Source of the DNA: Octopus sinensis
Taxonomy: Eukaryota
Length of the DNA: 64,000 nucleotides
Direction of reading: 5' to 3'
Assembly: GCF_006345805.1 (NCBI RefSeq)
Contig: NC_043013.1
Coordinates: 21,328,001-21,392,000 of the forward strand
Shown one piece after another: positions 1 through 12,599 of the stretch (positions within the stretch are counted from its first letter, which is position 1; the number at the start of each line of letters is the position of its first letter). Under the pieces are notes generated by a model. It was not told the DNA's origin. It made no database searches and was given only the letters and a program-made list of their open reading frames with translations. The position numbers and the translations under genes are program-made.

Positions 1-905
1 TCTCATAGTGTCTCTTTGTGGACATTATTCGTAGCTGGAACTAATAGCAGTGCTGTGTAATTGATGCGGGATTCCTTAGTTTGCAGTCCCGGTTTCAATT
101 CCTGAAGTGGAATAGTCTAATTTTAAATATCATTCTCTTTTCCAAGGAAATATTTGTCTCCCTTCGACTTGTCCCTACATCGAATTCTGAAATCAACTTC
201 AGAATAAAAATGTCTTGCATCTGTGGAAGTGATGAATCTGCAGCGCTGAGTTCAACACCTCGTATGGTTACAATTAGTTGATGTGTACCCGATTGGTTGA
301 TGTCTTTTATCACCCAGGACCATCTCCTATAGGACTGACATAAGCTCAGAATCATTCAGGCGAGACTATCCAGACTTCTCTTCAACCGCAGAATATCCAG
401 AACTTCGTTATCCATTATTTCATTCCTATCTTAAAACTGTCGGCTTGTTTATTATTTGAGGAAGATTTGGCTGTTATTTCTTATACCTTGTCTTCATCCC
501 AAAGTTTATAGAATTGCCAATTTATGAAAAACAAAAGCAACTGTAATATTGTAAGTGCTGAATCTGCATTACTGAGTTCAACACGACGGATTCCTTAGTT
601 TGCAGTCCCGATTTCAATTCTTGATGCGGGAGAAACAATAGTTAAAATTATATGATGTGTATCCGATTGACTGTTGTCCTTTATCCCACTGGATCATCAC
701 CTATAGGACTGCCATAGCTCAGAATCATTCAGGCGAGACTATCCATTCTTCTCTTCAACCGCAGAATATCCAGAACTTCATTATCCATTCTTTCGTTCCT
801 ATCTTACAACTACTGGCTTGTTATTTGAAGAAAATTTGGTTGTTATTTCTTATACCTCATCTTCATCACAAGGTTGATAGAGCTAACTGCCAATTTATGA
901 AATCT
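1..905 (-). mobile_element. Degraded Penelope-like element (GIY-YIG region), internally duplicated
   Basis: Minus-strand peptides IRRVELSNADSA and RRETNISLEKRMIFKI resemble Penelope GIY-YIG C-terminal motifs. Blocks ~225-530 are repeated at ~555-905. Many stops. Confidence 0.45.
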
Positions 906-959
906 TATGAAAATTTAGATCTTTCCTTCTTACCAAAGAACAGAAGAAAAAGGGAGAAA

Positions 960-1250
960 GAAGAAACGCACTCAATACCAGAGCTGAAGACACCTCCGAA
1001 AGGGGAGGGGGCGCCAAGTCGAAAACGGTAGAGGCGTAGGAGCCAAAACCGGACGTGGTTCCTCCTGATGATGTCTTTAGCCACTGGATCCTATAAAGGA
1101 GCTGTTGAGGTAGCGAACCACGAAACGTGGTTGGAATTCCCCCGATAGACAACACAAATAAATTTATACAGTTGTTACTGAAGTGATTGATGTCTTCAGA
1201 GGTTGAAAAATCACTAAGCTGAAATCAGGCGCTACTCTGGTATTCGTTTC
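960..1250. mobile_element. Possible Penelope pseudo-LTR remnant
   Basis: CTGAAGA (~984), CTGATGA (~1065) and CGAAACGT (~1120) on +, adjacent to the Penelope-like fragment; partial inverted echo AATACCAGAG...CTGAAGACA at ~1190-1250. Confidence 0.3.
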
Positions 1251-1904
1251 AATATCATAACTGCAGCCACGGAGGGAGAGTCATTTCATTATTCAAGTAT
1301 CTTGTTTGAAAAGAGTATTGTTTCTCTTTTTTTTTTTTAGCGGTGTTCATAATATATTAATTTGCGGACTGACGATGGGTTATTCGTTCCCTCTATGTAA
1401 CTTTGCACATGTGATTGTATCCTGGAATCTTATTTTGTATATATTTCAAACACGTTATTTGCCTTTCCTTGTTAAATTTTCTAATCGGTGTTTATGTTTA
1501 ATTATCTGGAAGCAGACTTATGGCTATGAGTTTCCATCGGAACATTTGACAGTCACTTATTGGACGTAAACGATATCACAGCAGCCATCAACATACAATT
1601 CTTGATATATCGCTCATGTGTTCACAATGCAAATAAATTATTTAGGGTCAAGTTTCTAGCGAATATAAAACTAATCGAAAACCCTATTTCTATCGATTAG
1701 CATTGATATTCATACCGCTGCTCGGTCAGCGCTGAATGTCAGAATGCAGATTACAATAATGTTTGTGTATATGTGTGTGTATGTGTACATATGTGTACGC
1801 GTGTGTAGTCTGACTGTCTCGGCATCTCACGTTCTCCCAATATCTCTTTCACGCATACACTTCTTTATCAATCTCGTGTGTGTGTGTGTGTACGTATGTC
1901 TGTA

Positions 1905-2115
1905 GGTTCGTAGTTTAGTGTTAAGCATGTTAACCTCGCAATTGTAAGGTTGCGAGTCGAGTTCTGGACCGGGTGCTGCATCTTTGAGTAAGGCGCTCCA
2001 TTTATCATCGCTCCATTCTACTCAGCTGAAGACGAGTACCAGCAATTGCTGGTGCAGCCGTCTCTCCCTCCACTTGCTTTACCCTTGATGTCCAGCTGCA
2101 GGATGAGGAGACACG
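1905..2115 (+). mobile_element. Diverged tRNA-derived SINE, family D-related
   Basis: Head and CTTTGAGTAAGGCGC...CTCAGCTG core align by eye to the copies at 27103 and 41333; tail differs. Confidence 0.55.
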
Positions 2116-2171
2116 AAAAGGTGTCTATGTCTGCTAATGTCTTCATTAGTAACTAAAGAAAAGCATATATG

Positions 2172-3426
2172 CAGGGTGTGTCAGCTATTTGAGAAGACTA
2201 TTTAAGAATCATAAATGGCTCAAACGTTAAACATCAATTTTTTAACCCGTAAAATGAAGCTTCGAATCTAAAACAGATAATGAAAAGGCATGCAGTTCTC
2301 GACCCCTCAGCCACCAACCATAGTGAATCTGAAATTGCAACCTTCTTAAATGTCGCCAAGTCCTTTTTAAGATCAGAAAATAATTCCTGGTCTCTGGTGG
2401 GAATGTGCTTTCTGTGGCAAAAACAGTCTCAACTGTCCAGGGAATCATTAAAGAGAATCTCGACAGATCACTGAGGGCCATTACCAGTCATCTGTCACGT
2501 GATACAGTAAGACATAGGTTAAAAATCTTATGTTATGATTGTGGTACACGAAGACATCAGTTACAAATCCTCTGAAATGAGAAGAGGTCAGCTGTTGTCC
2601 GATAAAACTCGAGAAAACCGTATAATGCAGTCGATGCGCTTACTGAAAAAACTAAAGCACCCCGAGGAGCCTGACAAGCTTTGGTTTTTCTCAGATAAGA
2701 AGAACTTTGTTCAAGATCAAAAAGCGGAAAGGAGAAATGACGGATGTCTTTCCACCAGCTCCATCGATATCCCCATTGTTATGCACACCATGTTTCTATT
2801 GTCTGTAATGGTGTAGGGGTTCGTGAGAAATGCGAACCATGTCATGCCGCCACGCATTTTTCCACGGAGAATCTTAGGGTCAATGTGACAGCCTACATTG
2901 AAACATTGGATATGGTTATCAAACTCTGGTTCGAGAGAGCTGCTCGAGGAAAGCCGTATGTGTTTTTCTTCTCACACAACGTACATGACCCAGAAGTAAC
3001 CGAAAATTTTCAGAAAAAAGTAATAGCCTGGCGGGGTGATGAGTTCAATCAAGACAGCTTCCTAACTCTTGTGATTTAAACACACCATCACACACACAAC
3101 ACACACATACACACACACACACAACGGGCTACTACGTCCGGCCGTCGTTAAGAGGGAGATAAACAAGCACGTTCACAATACCAAGGTTTCGTTGGTGTCC
3201 GCAATTGGAGGCATTATAGCCAACATGAATGAAGATATCTGATCAAACATCTGATCATATTGAGGCAGTGGTTGAGGCTGATGGAAATTCTATAGAATAG
3301 ACTTTTGGTATGTATATGTATATGTAAGAATATATGTACTGAATCCTATGAAATAATATTTTTTTCAAGAAATATTTTTGTTTTCCACAAAATAGAAATT
3401 AGTTCTCAAATAGGTGACGCCCCTTG
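2172..3426 (+). mobile_element. Tc1/mariner element, maT (DD37D, Bmmar1-like), defective
   Basis: TIRs CAGGGTGTGTCAGCTATTTGAG (2172) and CTCAAATAGGTGACGCCCCTTG (3405-3426). Peptides LWFFSDKKNFVQDQK and YIETLDMVIKLWFERAARGKPYVF. Frameshifts, plus a (CA)n insertion at ~3080-3122 near the third catalytic motif. Confidence 0.85.
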
Positions 3427-3454
3427 TGTGTGCCTGTGTATGAATATGCCAGTA

Positions 3455-3458
3455 TATA

Positions 3459-3520
<62 letters not shown>

Positions 3521-3552
3521 TGCGCGCGCGCGCGTGTGTGTGTGTGTGTGTG
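3455..3552. repeat. Compound microsatellite (TA)n(TGTA)n(CG)n(TG)n
   Basis: Direct reading. Confidence 0.95.
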
Positions 3553-3750
3553 AACGCATATACATATGATGTTTGAATAGAATAAGTTTTATTTTTTAAC
3601 ATGGAGGTTAATATTTTTATCAAATATTATATATGAAAGCGAAAATATAAAAATGCTTTTGAAAAAATTTTTCGTATATCAGCTTTACTGTAAAAGTATT
3701 AATATATGTTTTCGCAAGGTGAGTTTTACACACACAACACGTGGGAGGAA

Positions 3751-3791
<41 letters not shown>

Positions 3792-5128
3792 AGTGAGTAA
3801 TGAAAATTTCTCGTATATAAAGGTCTTACTAAATAAATGTTAGAGCATATTGTATCCCAATGGGTGTTTGCAGCAGAAGGAATATCATTATACTGACCGC
3901 GGCGGGCTTGCGCTATCGTTTAAAGTGTGTCTTTTTAATACACCTAAGACCATGTTGCTAGTCAGGTCATGAGTGAACATTTTATATAGTCACTAACAGG
4001 ACCCGTGAACATTTCACGGAATTAATGATAAACCTATTGGGTTATTCCTGAAAAGTTTATCCAAAAAGCCTGAAAGCATAGCCTGTGCTGTACCTGCATG
4101 GAAAGATAGTCACTCATCTGCTACTCATTGAAAAGTGAAGGAAATTGGAATACGATGATTACTTAATGTACTTTATATACACACTTTATATACAATTTTA
4201 TAGACTTAATACACAGCGCTCATGAAATAAATATTCACTCTTATTTTTCCATTTTCCCCCATAAGCAAAAGAAATATCCCGTACATATGATATAACCTTT
4301 AGTTAAATTGCATAAATCTGCCACGCAATTAAGCGTGAATATTTCACGGAATTACACTTATGTACATGTGTTAAGTGACAGGTGATATAAAACAATTTAC
4401 ATCACTTTTCACTATCCAAGCACCACTTCCACCTCCACCACCACCATCTTCGTATCCCCCTTCTCTCTCTAACCCCTTTCTCTCTCTCTCTCTCTGCCTT
4501 TCTTTAACCTCACCATCAGAACATCACACCTCTGCTAAAAGTATGTCCCTAACTCTCCTCTTTATTTCCTTCAACCAACTTCTTTAACCACATAGTAAAC
4601 ATTACTATCCCCCTATCACACGTCATGGAGCTCTTTTTCTCTTGCAGTCTTTTCTCTCGCCCTCTTTCTTTCTCTATCTTCGCCTTATCCTCTTTTTTCT
4701 CTCTCCTCTCTTTCCCTTCAACTAATCCCTTGAAATCGTTACAATTACATTCTCTACCTCACGTCATAGACGCTTCTCTCTCTCTCTTTCTCACTACCTC
4801 TTTTCTTTCTCCCTCTTTCTCTAATCACGTGAAAGCGTTACCGACGGGCTAAGTAACATAATGACAAGCAGAATTATAAGATGCTGCTTATGTCATTTCA
4901 ACATCAAGAGACGAAACTTTTGCTTTGTGTGTCATTTCGCTTATGTTCGTTTAATACGAATATGCATTAATTAATTAATATTTTGAGAAAATACTATTTC
5001 TACTTATACAGAATAATGAAATTTTTTTTTAAGTGAAGGAAAGATGTTTGATTATGTTGTTATCGATGTTATTGTGGTTGGCGTTGATATAGATTCCCCT
5101 CTTTTATTATCAGTTCAGATCCAGTATA

Positions 5129-5513
5129 GGTAGGAGCGCTCCGTCGGTTACGACGACGAGGGTTCCGGTTGATCCGATCAACGGAACAGCCTGCTCGTGA
5201 AATTAACGTGTAAGTGACTGAGCACTCCACAGACACGTGTACCCTTAACATAGTTCTCGGGGATATTCAGCGTGATACAGAGAGTGACAAGGCCGGCCCT
5301 TTGAAATACAGGTACAACAGAAACAGGAAGTAAGCGTGAGAGAAAGTTGTGGTGAAAGAGTACAGCAGGGATCACCACCATCCCTGCCGGAGCCTCGTGG
5401 AGCTTTTAGGTGTTTTCGCTCAATAAACACTCACAACGCCCGGTCTGGGAATCGAAACCGCGATCCTACGACCGCGAGTCCGCTGCCCTAACCACTGGGC
5501 CATTGCGCCTCCA
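5129..5513 (-). mobile_element. tRNA-derived SINE family A1 (OR1-like), full length
   Basis: A box TGGCCCAGTGG and B box GTTTCGATTCC; 13-bp TSD CAGATCCAGTATA at 5116-5128 and 5514-5526; matches the copy at 54754. Confidence 0.92.
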
Positions 5514-6878
5514 CAGATCCAGTATAACGATGCAGTAAACCTTTCAGGATTATATAATTCTGCTTCAGTCCACATTCAGAAGTGTGTGTGTGTATGTGTG
5601 TGTGTGTGTGTGTGTGTCTGTGTGTGTGTGTGTGTACGTATGATTGGTATATCATGTGAGAAAGAGAGATAAAGGAATATATCTCTGCTATTTCATCCAA
5701 TTCGTTTTATCGATAAATATAGATAAAACTACTTGGAAGCTCGAAAAACCAGACAATGCTCCCATCGCTGCTCGTCACTCCCGACTCTAATATTGTAATG
5801 AACGTCAGGAAGTTGGTTTTATGTCAAGATGATGCATACAGGCTTAAAAGGGTGGGTGCCTTATTATTAATATTTTCCATGGAAAGCTGCTACAAAACGG
5901 AAATATCAGCACTCGGTGAACATTTAAAAAATATTGGATACCAAGATTATCCTAAGAACAGTTTAACTTAGACATTGGACTAAATCTAAACTCAGATAAA
6001 ACAACATCTCTAGTTGCAGATAAACTGTGAAATTCTACACACTCACAAGAATCTCGTAGATGATAGAGAGAAGGACCCCTAAACTGTGCTCCCATCACCT
6101 TCAACGGTGTTGCGCTTATTGTAACAACGCATTAACAAAAATAGCTTCAATGCGGAACTAGTTACAAGGAACATTTGCAAAGGGTATCAGAGCCAGAAGG
6201 AGAAAAATAAATTGATTGAACGAATGTTACCACCAATAACTAGGAATTTCTTTTGTGTAAATAACTTATTTTCCAACCCCACAAATAGCGCAAAATATTC
6301 ACCACCACTAACCTGAAAGAGAGCCTTTTTGGATGGGTAGCATAGATACCTTACTCTTACTCCACAAGAAAAGGCATCATTTCTTTGCTGATGCATTGAT
6401 ATAAGAAATAATTATTCGCTCAGTAAATATTCCGTTATCTGTGAAAAAATAGGGGCGACCTTTTAGTCGAGAATCGCAGAAAACCACAAAATAATGATTT
6501 CTTTTAGAGGATTCTGACTTAGAATATGTACGATGCGCAGCATACAACAACAACTAAACTGGACTGTTATAGAAATAGCGAGTAGAAAAACGAGGTGCCT
6601 TTTGACAAGTCACCTGAGGTGACACGTCAGCACCTTTGATACACCGCAACTGTTTGTACGGCATCAAACCTGCGATGTTCCGGTCCAGGATAGATCGAAA
6701 CGATATTATTGAATGATCTTGTGAATTCCATTGACTTTCTCTCGTTTTTATAAATTCTACGAATACAAAAGGAATCTCTGAAGTAAACCCAGTGACATGA
6801 ACCTTCATGATGTTGATGACATCAGGTAGCCGAATACTGTAAACGGGCTTTAAATGACATATCACAATGTTTATGTCC

Positions 6879-6916
<38 letters not shown>

Positions 6917-7247
6917 CACTTTTAAAAGAGGAAGAGTGACAGTGATTTCGAAGTTTCGGCCTTCAAGTCATTTTTTGGACAGTCCAAAGAAGATTAGCAG
7001 ACCGAAAGTTTGGAGTCACCGAAATCCCGCTTCTTTTAAAAGTATAAGTATATACTCTACAAAATATACAGTAATTCTTCAGTTTAATGTTAAATTATTC
7101 TTTCTATAACTCGACGGAACAAAGAAACGTGCATATAGATGTGTGTGTATGTGTGCGTGGGGTGTGTGTGTGTGTGCGCGCGTGCGTGCGTGTGTGTGTG
7201 AACATGTAAAAAAAACAGGAAGTATGAGAGGCAGATATATTATTTAA

Positions 7248-7318
7248 CCACTTACCATCCTTAGGATTACGGCCGTTTCACAGCCATAAACGATCGAAAT
7301 CATAAGGACGGCAAGTGG
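7248..7318. mobile_element. 71-bp hairpin/MITE with piggyBac-type ends
   Basis: TTAA|CCACTTACCATCCTTAGGATT ... AATCATAAGGACGGCAAGTGG|TTAT; ~21-bp imperfect TIRs. Confidence 0.55.
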
Positions 7319-7327
7319 TTATTTTTT

Positions 7328-7541
7328 TTACTCTTTCACTCTTCTACTTCTTTTAGTCATTTGACTGCAGCCATGCTGGAGCACCGCCTTTAGTCGAGCA
7401 AATCGACCCCAGGACTTATTCTTTGTAAGCCTAGTACTTATTCTATCGGTCTCTTTTGCCGAACCGCTAAGTTACGGGGACGTAAACACACCAACATCGG
7501 CTGTCAAGCGATGTTGGGGGGACAAACTCGCACACACACAA

Positions 7542-7582
<41 letters not shown>

Positions 7583-7597
7583 CACACACACAAAACA

Positions 7598-7638
<41 letters not shown>

Positions 7639-7824
7639 CATACATATACATATATATGACGGGCTTCTTTCATTTTCCGTCTACCAAATCCACTTTCAAG
7701 GCTTTGGTCGCCCCGAGGCTATAGTAGAAGACACTTGCCCGCGATTCCACGTAGTGGGACTGAACCCGGAACCATGTGGTTGGTAAGCAAGCTAATCAAT
7801 TACCACACAGCCACTCCTGCGCCT
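7328..7824 (-). mobile_element. tRNA-derived SINE family B (OK-like) with internal (TA)/(TG) microsatellite
   Basis: Head GGCGCAGGAGTGGCTGTGTGG, B box GGTTCAGTCCC, 3' module ...GGCGGTGCTCCAGCATGGC..AAATGAC; eight or more copies in the window. Confidence 0.92.
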
Positions 7825-8041
7825 ATATAAATATATTCACCCCTCAAACCACCTGACATTTTATGGTTTATATACTTCTCATAAAACATTTTCATTGATC
7901 GGATCTCTTGGATTTCGACTGCATAGAACTCTACATATAATTCCTCTCCATTCGTTTACTATGTACTTCTCTAGCCGGGGCCGCTGGAGGAGCTTCCTGC
8001 GATATAATAGGAATCCCTATATTACACTACAAACTTATACA

Positions 8042-8101
<60 letters not shown>

Positions 8102-8138
8102 CGCGCGTGTGTGTGTGTGTGTTAGATTATATTTATGT

Positions 8139-8352
8139 GCGAGCTGGCAGAATCGTTAGCGCTCCGGGCAAAATACTTTGCGACATAACGTCCGTCTTTA
8201 CGTTCTGAGTTCAAATGCCGCCTAGGTCGACTTTACCTTTCATCCTTTCGGTGTCGATAAAATAAGTACCGGTTAAGTACGGTGATCGATGTAATCGACA
8301 AGGTTGCTCCCTCGAACTTTCTGGCCTTGTGCCAAAATTTGAAACTAGTATT
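8139..8352 (+). mobile_element. tRNA-derived SINE family C (tail type C2)
   Basis: GCGAGCTGGCAGAATCGTTAGC head, GTTCAAATGCC B box, GTCGATAAAATAAGTACC core, GGCCTTGTGCC tail. Confidence 0.85.
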
Positions 8353-8834
8353 TATATGTACATATGCATATTCTTCTGAGCATGCATATTAAATCACACG
8401 CACAGAATAATTCGAATCTTTTGCCCTAATACCTGATAACCATATCAAGATGGCGCTAAGATAGACGGAAATAAATAATATGTCATGAAGACATATGTAT
8501 ATTAAATCCTATTAACCAAAGTTTGTTTATCTTAGAAAACTGATCTTCTGGGCATTTATTGCAAAACAACTTTTCCCAAAATATCATTGTAGAAAGTTGC
8601 CTACCTGAATACTAAATAATACTCTCTGGAAATACATTTACTTTTGTGGAGCCAGTTTGTCCGATAAATTTTAATTCAAATATTACCTGTCAACTAATTA
8701 TCTTTCCACTTGAAATATTTCGTCGATTCAAGTGTCCCACGCACCTTCTGGTAAAATCAACAATTTACGCAATATAATCTATTCTAGGAGACAATATACA
8801 TATATTTAACAAGTTCCTCGCCTCAGTACGTGTG

Positions 8835-8879
<45 letters not shown>

Positions 8880-9724
8880 ACACACATAAAATGTTAGAGG
8901 GCTGTTATAATCGTACAGATATGAAGTGCAGTATTTGTCTGTTTCAAACGCCGAGAATTTAATAATTAACGTGAGCGACTTTTTTTAAAAGAATTTTTCC
9001 TCTGTAAACCAGATAACCAGCTAATAGATAATCAACGAAGAAGGTGAGTTTCCATAACCCCCTGTCATAGTTGTATGGTACTTGACAATGACAAAGTGGC
9101 AGGGTGTTTAAATGACTTCTGTCTTCTTCATGTAACTCGATAATGAATATTGCTGTTTGACAGTAAGAATATAAATAAAAGATTTTTATCATATATTATC
9201 TGAAAACCTAGAAAATTGTGGAATAGTGAGTATTTAACGTTCCAGCTGCGGATTCGTAGTCTATGGAAAATTTCGAGAACTTTTTAAACGTAAGGGTTGC
9301 CAAGAGAACAGAAGCAATAAGAGTTCGGTATTTGGTTACGTTAAAGAAGATTTTATCATTCTTTACTCTTTCCTGTGAAGTCAGCAAAACGGTATTAGCT
9401 ATGTAGTTCAGTATCATTTAATCCATTTAATTATAACCCTCCTCGTAATTTTAGGCTTTTTTCTAATGAAATAAATCATATTTTTGATAATGGTTTATCG
9501 AGACTGATGGCATCACTCATTCGCAATATTTTTTTTCTTCAAATTCTAGAGAGAACAAAAACTGCTGTTCGTTAAACGCCTAAAATTCTTTTAAATGACT
9601 GTCTAGACCGAATTGTTCAACGAATGCAATTCTGTCGGATCTAAGACCTAATTTTCATTCATTTTGGTAATAAATTAATCTTAATTGTAATCTCAGACAG
9701 AGAGGATGCAGTTTTAATTATGAT

Positions 9725-9795
9725 TATGTGTGTATCCGTGTGTATATACATATGTGTATGTATATATGTGTGTGTATATATATATATATATATAT

Positions 9796-9835
<40 letters not shown>

Positions 9836-9930
9836 GTGTGTGTACATATATATACACACATATAATATATGTGCGTGTATACATGTGTGTATACATATAC
9901 ATACACATACACATACATGTATGTATATAT
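9725..9930. repeat. Compound TA/TG microsatellite
   Basis: Direct reading. Confidence 0.95.
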
Positions 9931-10039
9931 TTGTCTCTGTAAGTGAAGGTGAGTGGTTTAGTGATTAGGAGTACTCGGTTCGTGATCGTGTTTTAGTGCA
10001 GGTGTGCTTTAGCCACAGGCTTGTGTGTAGTTGTAGGGG

Positions 10040-10190
10040 GCAATTCTGTAGAGGCAACGTGGCTGTTAAGCAACAGATTCAAGCCCATTGCTTGGCATCG
10101 TAGGCAAGGGATTTTACTACAGCCTTAGATTGACCTAAGCTTTGTCGGTGACAGTGGATTGTAGGAAACTGTGCAGAAGCCCATCATATG
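10040..10190 (+). mobile_element. Highly diverged SINE B 5' module
   Basis: GGCAAGGGATTTTACTACAGCC...GTGGATTGTAGGAAACTGTGCAGAAGCCCATC echoes the B consensus. Confidence 0.5.
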
Positions 10191-10799
10191 AATTGTCCCA
10201 TTAATTCAACGTCCCAATTTTTCCACTGTCACGCTGATTCTATTTCATTACCCTAATAGGTACACCTGTCTGAAATACTCAGTCATTTACAAGCTAATTC
10301 ATCATCTAAATCGACTGCGTTCTATTCAGTTTTAGAACGTAAAAACTAACCAATCATAATGCATAATTGAGTGAGGGTATGGGTCAAACTTTAAATATGT
10401 CATTCGCTATGTCGCTTCCAATCACGTGATACAACTATATTCTGTAGCAAAGAAAAATAAGACAAACTGAATCATCACGATAATGATGATGATGATGATA
10501 ATGAGGTGGGGCGGGGGCAGACAGAGAACAGATAAAAGAGGAGAAAAATCGATTCATCAAATGAAAAAAAGGCCTTTGGAGATTTCTAGATTTTTATAAG
10601 TTCTTTTCATCTTTTGGGGATTATTTCTTCTACGTTTACAGATTTTTGAAGTGTATTTCTTTCGTATTTGTCCTTGTGCAGGCAACTACATGCATACACA
10701 CACACACCACACGGATAGATAATGTGTGTGAGGGGCTGTATATTTCTGAGAGAGAATATGTATGTGTGCGTATATATATAATACATATGTACATAGATA

Positions 10800-11200
10800 C
10801 TTACACACTGACACACACATTACATATATACATACATATATATATATATATAATATAATATAATATATATATATATATATACCTATTATATATATACCTA
10901 TATATATATACATATATATATATACCTATATATAGAAAAAATAATGTCATATATCGCTATCACATGTGTATATAAATACATAGATATATATACATGTTTA
11001 ACTATATATACACATATCCCCATATTATATTTACGTATCCACATGTGGAATATATATATACAAAAAAAAATATATATATTATATATAACACATACGATAT
11101 GTCTATACATACAAATATATATATATATATATATCTATATATATATATATATATATATAATATATTCTATATATATATATTATATATATATCCACGTGTG
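10800..11200. repeat. TA-rich low-complexity/microsatellite block
   Basis: Direct reading; source of spurious YI-rich ORFs. Confidence 0.9.
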
Positions 11201-12046
11201 TATATATCAGATATCGACGTCTGGTGGCGTATATGTGTGTGCCTTGCATTTACTCACACATACATGTACGCATTTATGTCGACAAACGCAAGATTGGCAT
11301 TCCAATAAAAATATATGTTGGCCCTTTTTTCACGTCATCTGGTTCCTTCTTTGACATTTTTTTGAAAAACAAGAAAGAGAAACAATACGATACAAACAAA
11401 CATTGAGAAACTGTTCTCGATTCATATTACTAAAATATTTCAGAATTTACATTTCGCATTCTAAATGAATTCTCTTAACCATTTTATAATTTCAGTCGAT
11501 TGCAGGCATCTCCCGCCTTTTAACAATAGCCCTACATGATATTCAGTCAGTTGGAAGTAACAGAAGATGGAACAGAAATACAATTTCTGGTTTTATTTGC
11601 TGTTTTCAATGAAACTTTTTTTGCATTTTGCTCTTCGACGAAAAAAAAAACATTTTGAAAAACTTGCCATTCTTTGAATTATTTATTCTATTTTCATTGG
11701 ATATTAATATTAATGTTGATGTTTTCGTTGGTAAGGAGGTGAGTTGGTAGAGGGGTGAGTTGGTGGAGAGGTGTGTTGGGGGAGAGGTGCGTTGGTGGGT
11801 GGTAGTGTTGCTGGTGGAGGCAGTGTGCTGGTGCTGGTGCTGGTGGTGTTGTAATCTGTATCCTTATTGTGCAGTTAGTCAAGTTGTTAACGCGTTTGTT
11901 TTCGTCAGTGTGTATTATGAGATATCTTTCAAGGTACTGCGCAGAGAACTTTTACACACACACTCACACACACACACACTCACTCACACACACACATACA
12001 CACATATATATATATTTAAAAAAGGAGATGTGGAACACGAGTTGTG

Positions 12047-12358
12047 ATATATAAAAAAGGAAATGAAGAAAATGCTGACAAAATAATTTAAGTAAGGGAG
12101 AGTGTATTTAATTAGGTGAAAGTTCTTTTTACCGGTTGCGCATTTGTTATGCTTATCAAAGATATTTTTTTAAGAGAGATAGAGTCCCTTTCTGATAGAT
12201 TTTTTTGAGAAAAAAATCTATCAGAAAGGAACTCTATCTCTCTTTAAAAAATATCTTTTGATAAGCATAACAAATGCGCAACCGGTAAAAAGAACTTTCA
12301 CCTAATTAAATACACTCTCCCTTACTTAAATTATTTTGTCAGCATTTTCTTCATTTTC

Positions 12359-12368
<10 letters not shown>
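12047..12368. repeat. ~320-bp near-perfect palindrome (arms ~160 bp, 3-nt loop GAG at 12207-12209)
   Basis: AAATGAAGAAAATGCTGAC...CTGATAGATTTTTTT-GAG-AAAAAAATCTATCAG...GTCAGCATTTTCTTCATTT; one clear substitution plus homopolymer-length differences. Confidence 0.95.
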
Positions 12369-12389
<21 letters not shown>

Positions 12390-12391
12390 GA

Positions 12392-12435
<44 letters not shown>

Positions 12436-12543
12436 TATGTGTTGTGTGTGTGTGTGTGTGTGGTGTGTGTGTATGTTTATATGTATGTATGTATGTGCGA
12501 GCGTGTATGAATGTTGTGTGGGATGTGTGTGTGCCTGTGTGTA

Positions 12544-12585
<42 letters not shown>

Positions 12586-12590
12586 CAATT
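12361..12590. repeat. (TA)n then (TG)n microsatellite
   Basis: Direct reading. Confidence 0.95.
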
Positions 12591-12599
12591 ATAGATATA

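Noticed and set aside
5129-5513. tRNA genes at SINE heads (also 27103, 54754)
   Set aside because: A and B boxes are present, but there is no complete cloverleaf and they are followed by SINE bodies with TSDs.
5756-6760. Possible Penelope RT/endonuclease remnant with a CTGCGA...CGAAACG motif
   Set aside because: Only vague peptide resemblance (GEHLKNIGY); no diagnostic motif could be read.
6935-6975. Short repeat GGCCGAAACTTCGAA shared with ~57805-57840; hammerhead-like
   Set aside because: Real ~35-bp homology, but no CUGANGA or helix I.
9013-9043. 31-nt exon-like segment ending AAG|GTGAGT
   Set aside because: Weak acceptor, length not a multiple of 3, no supporting homology.
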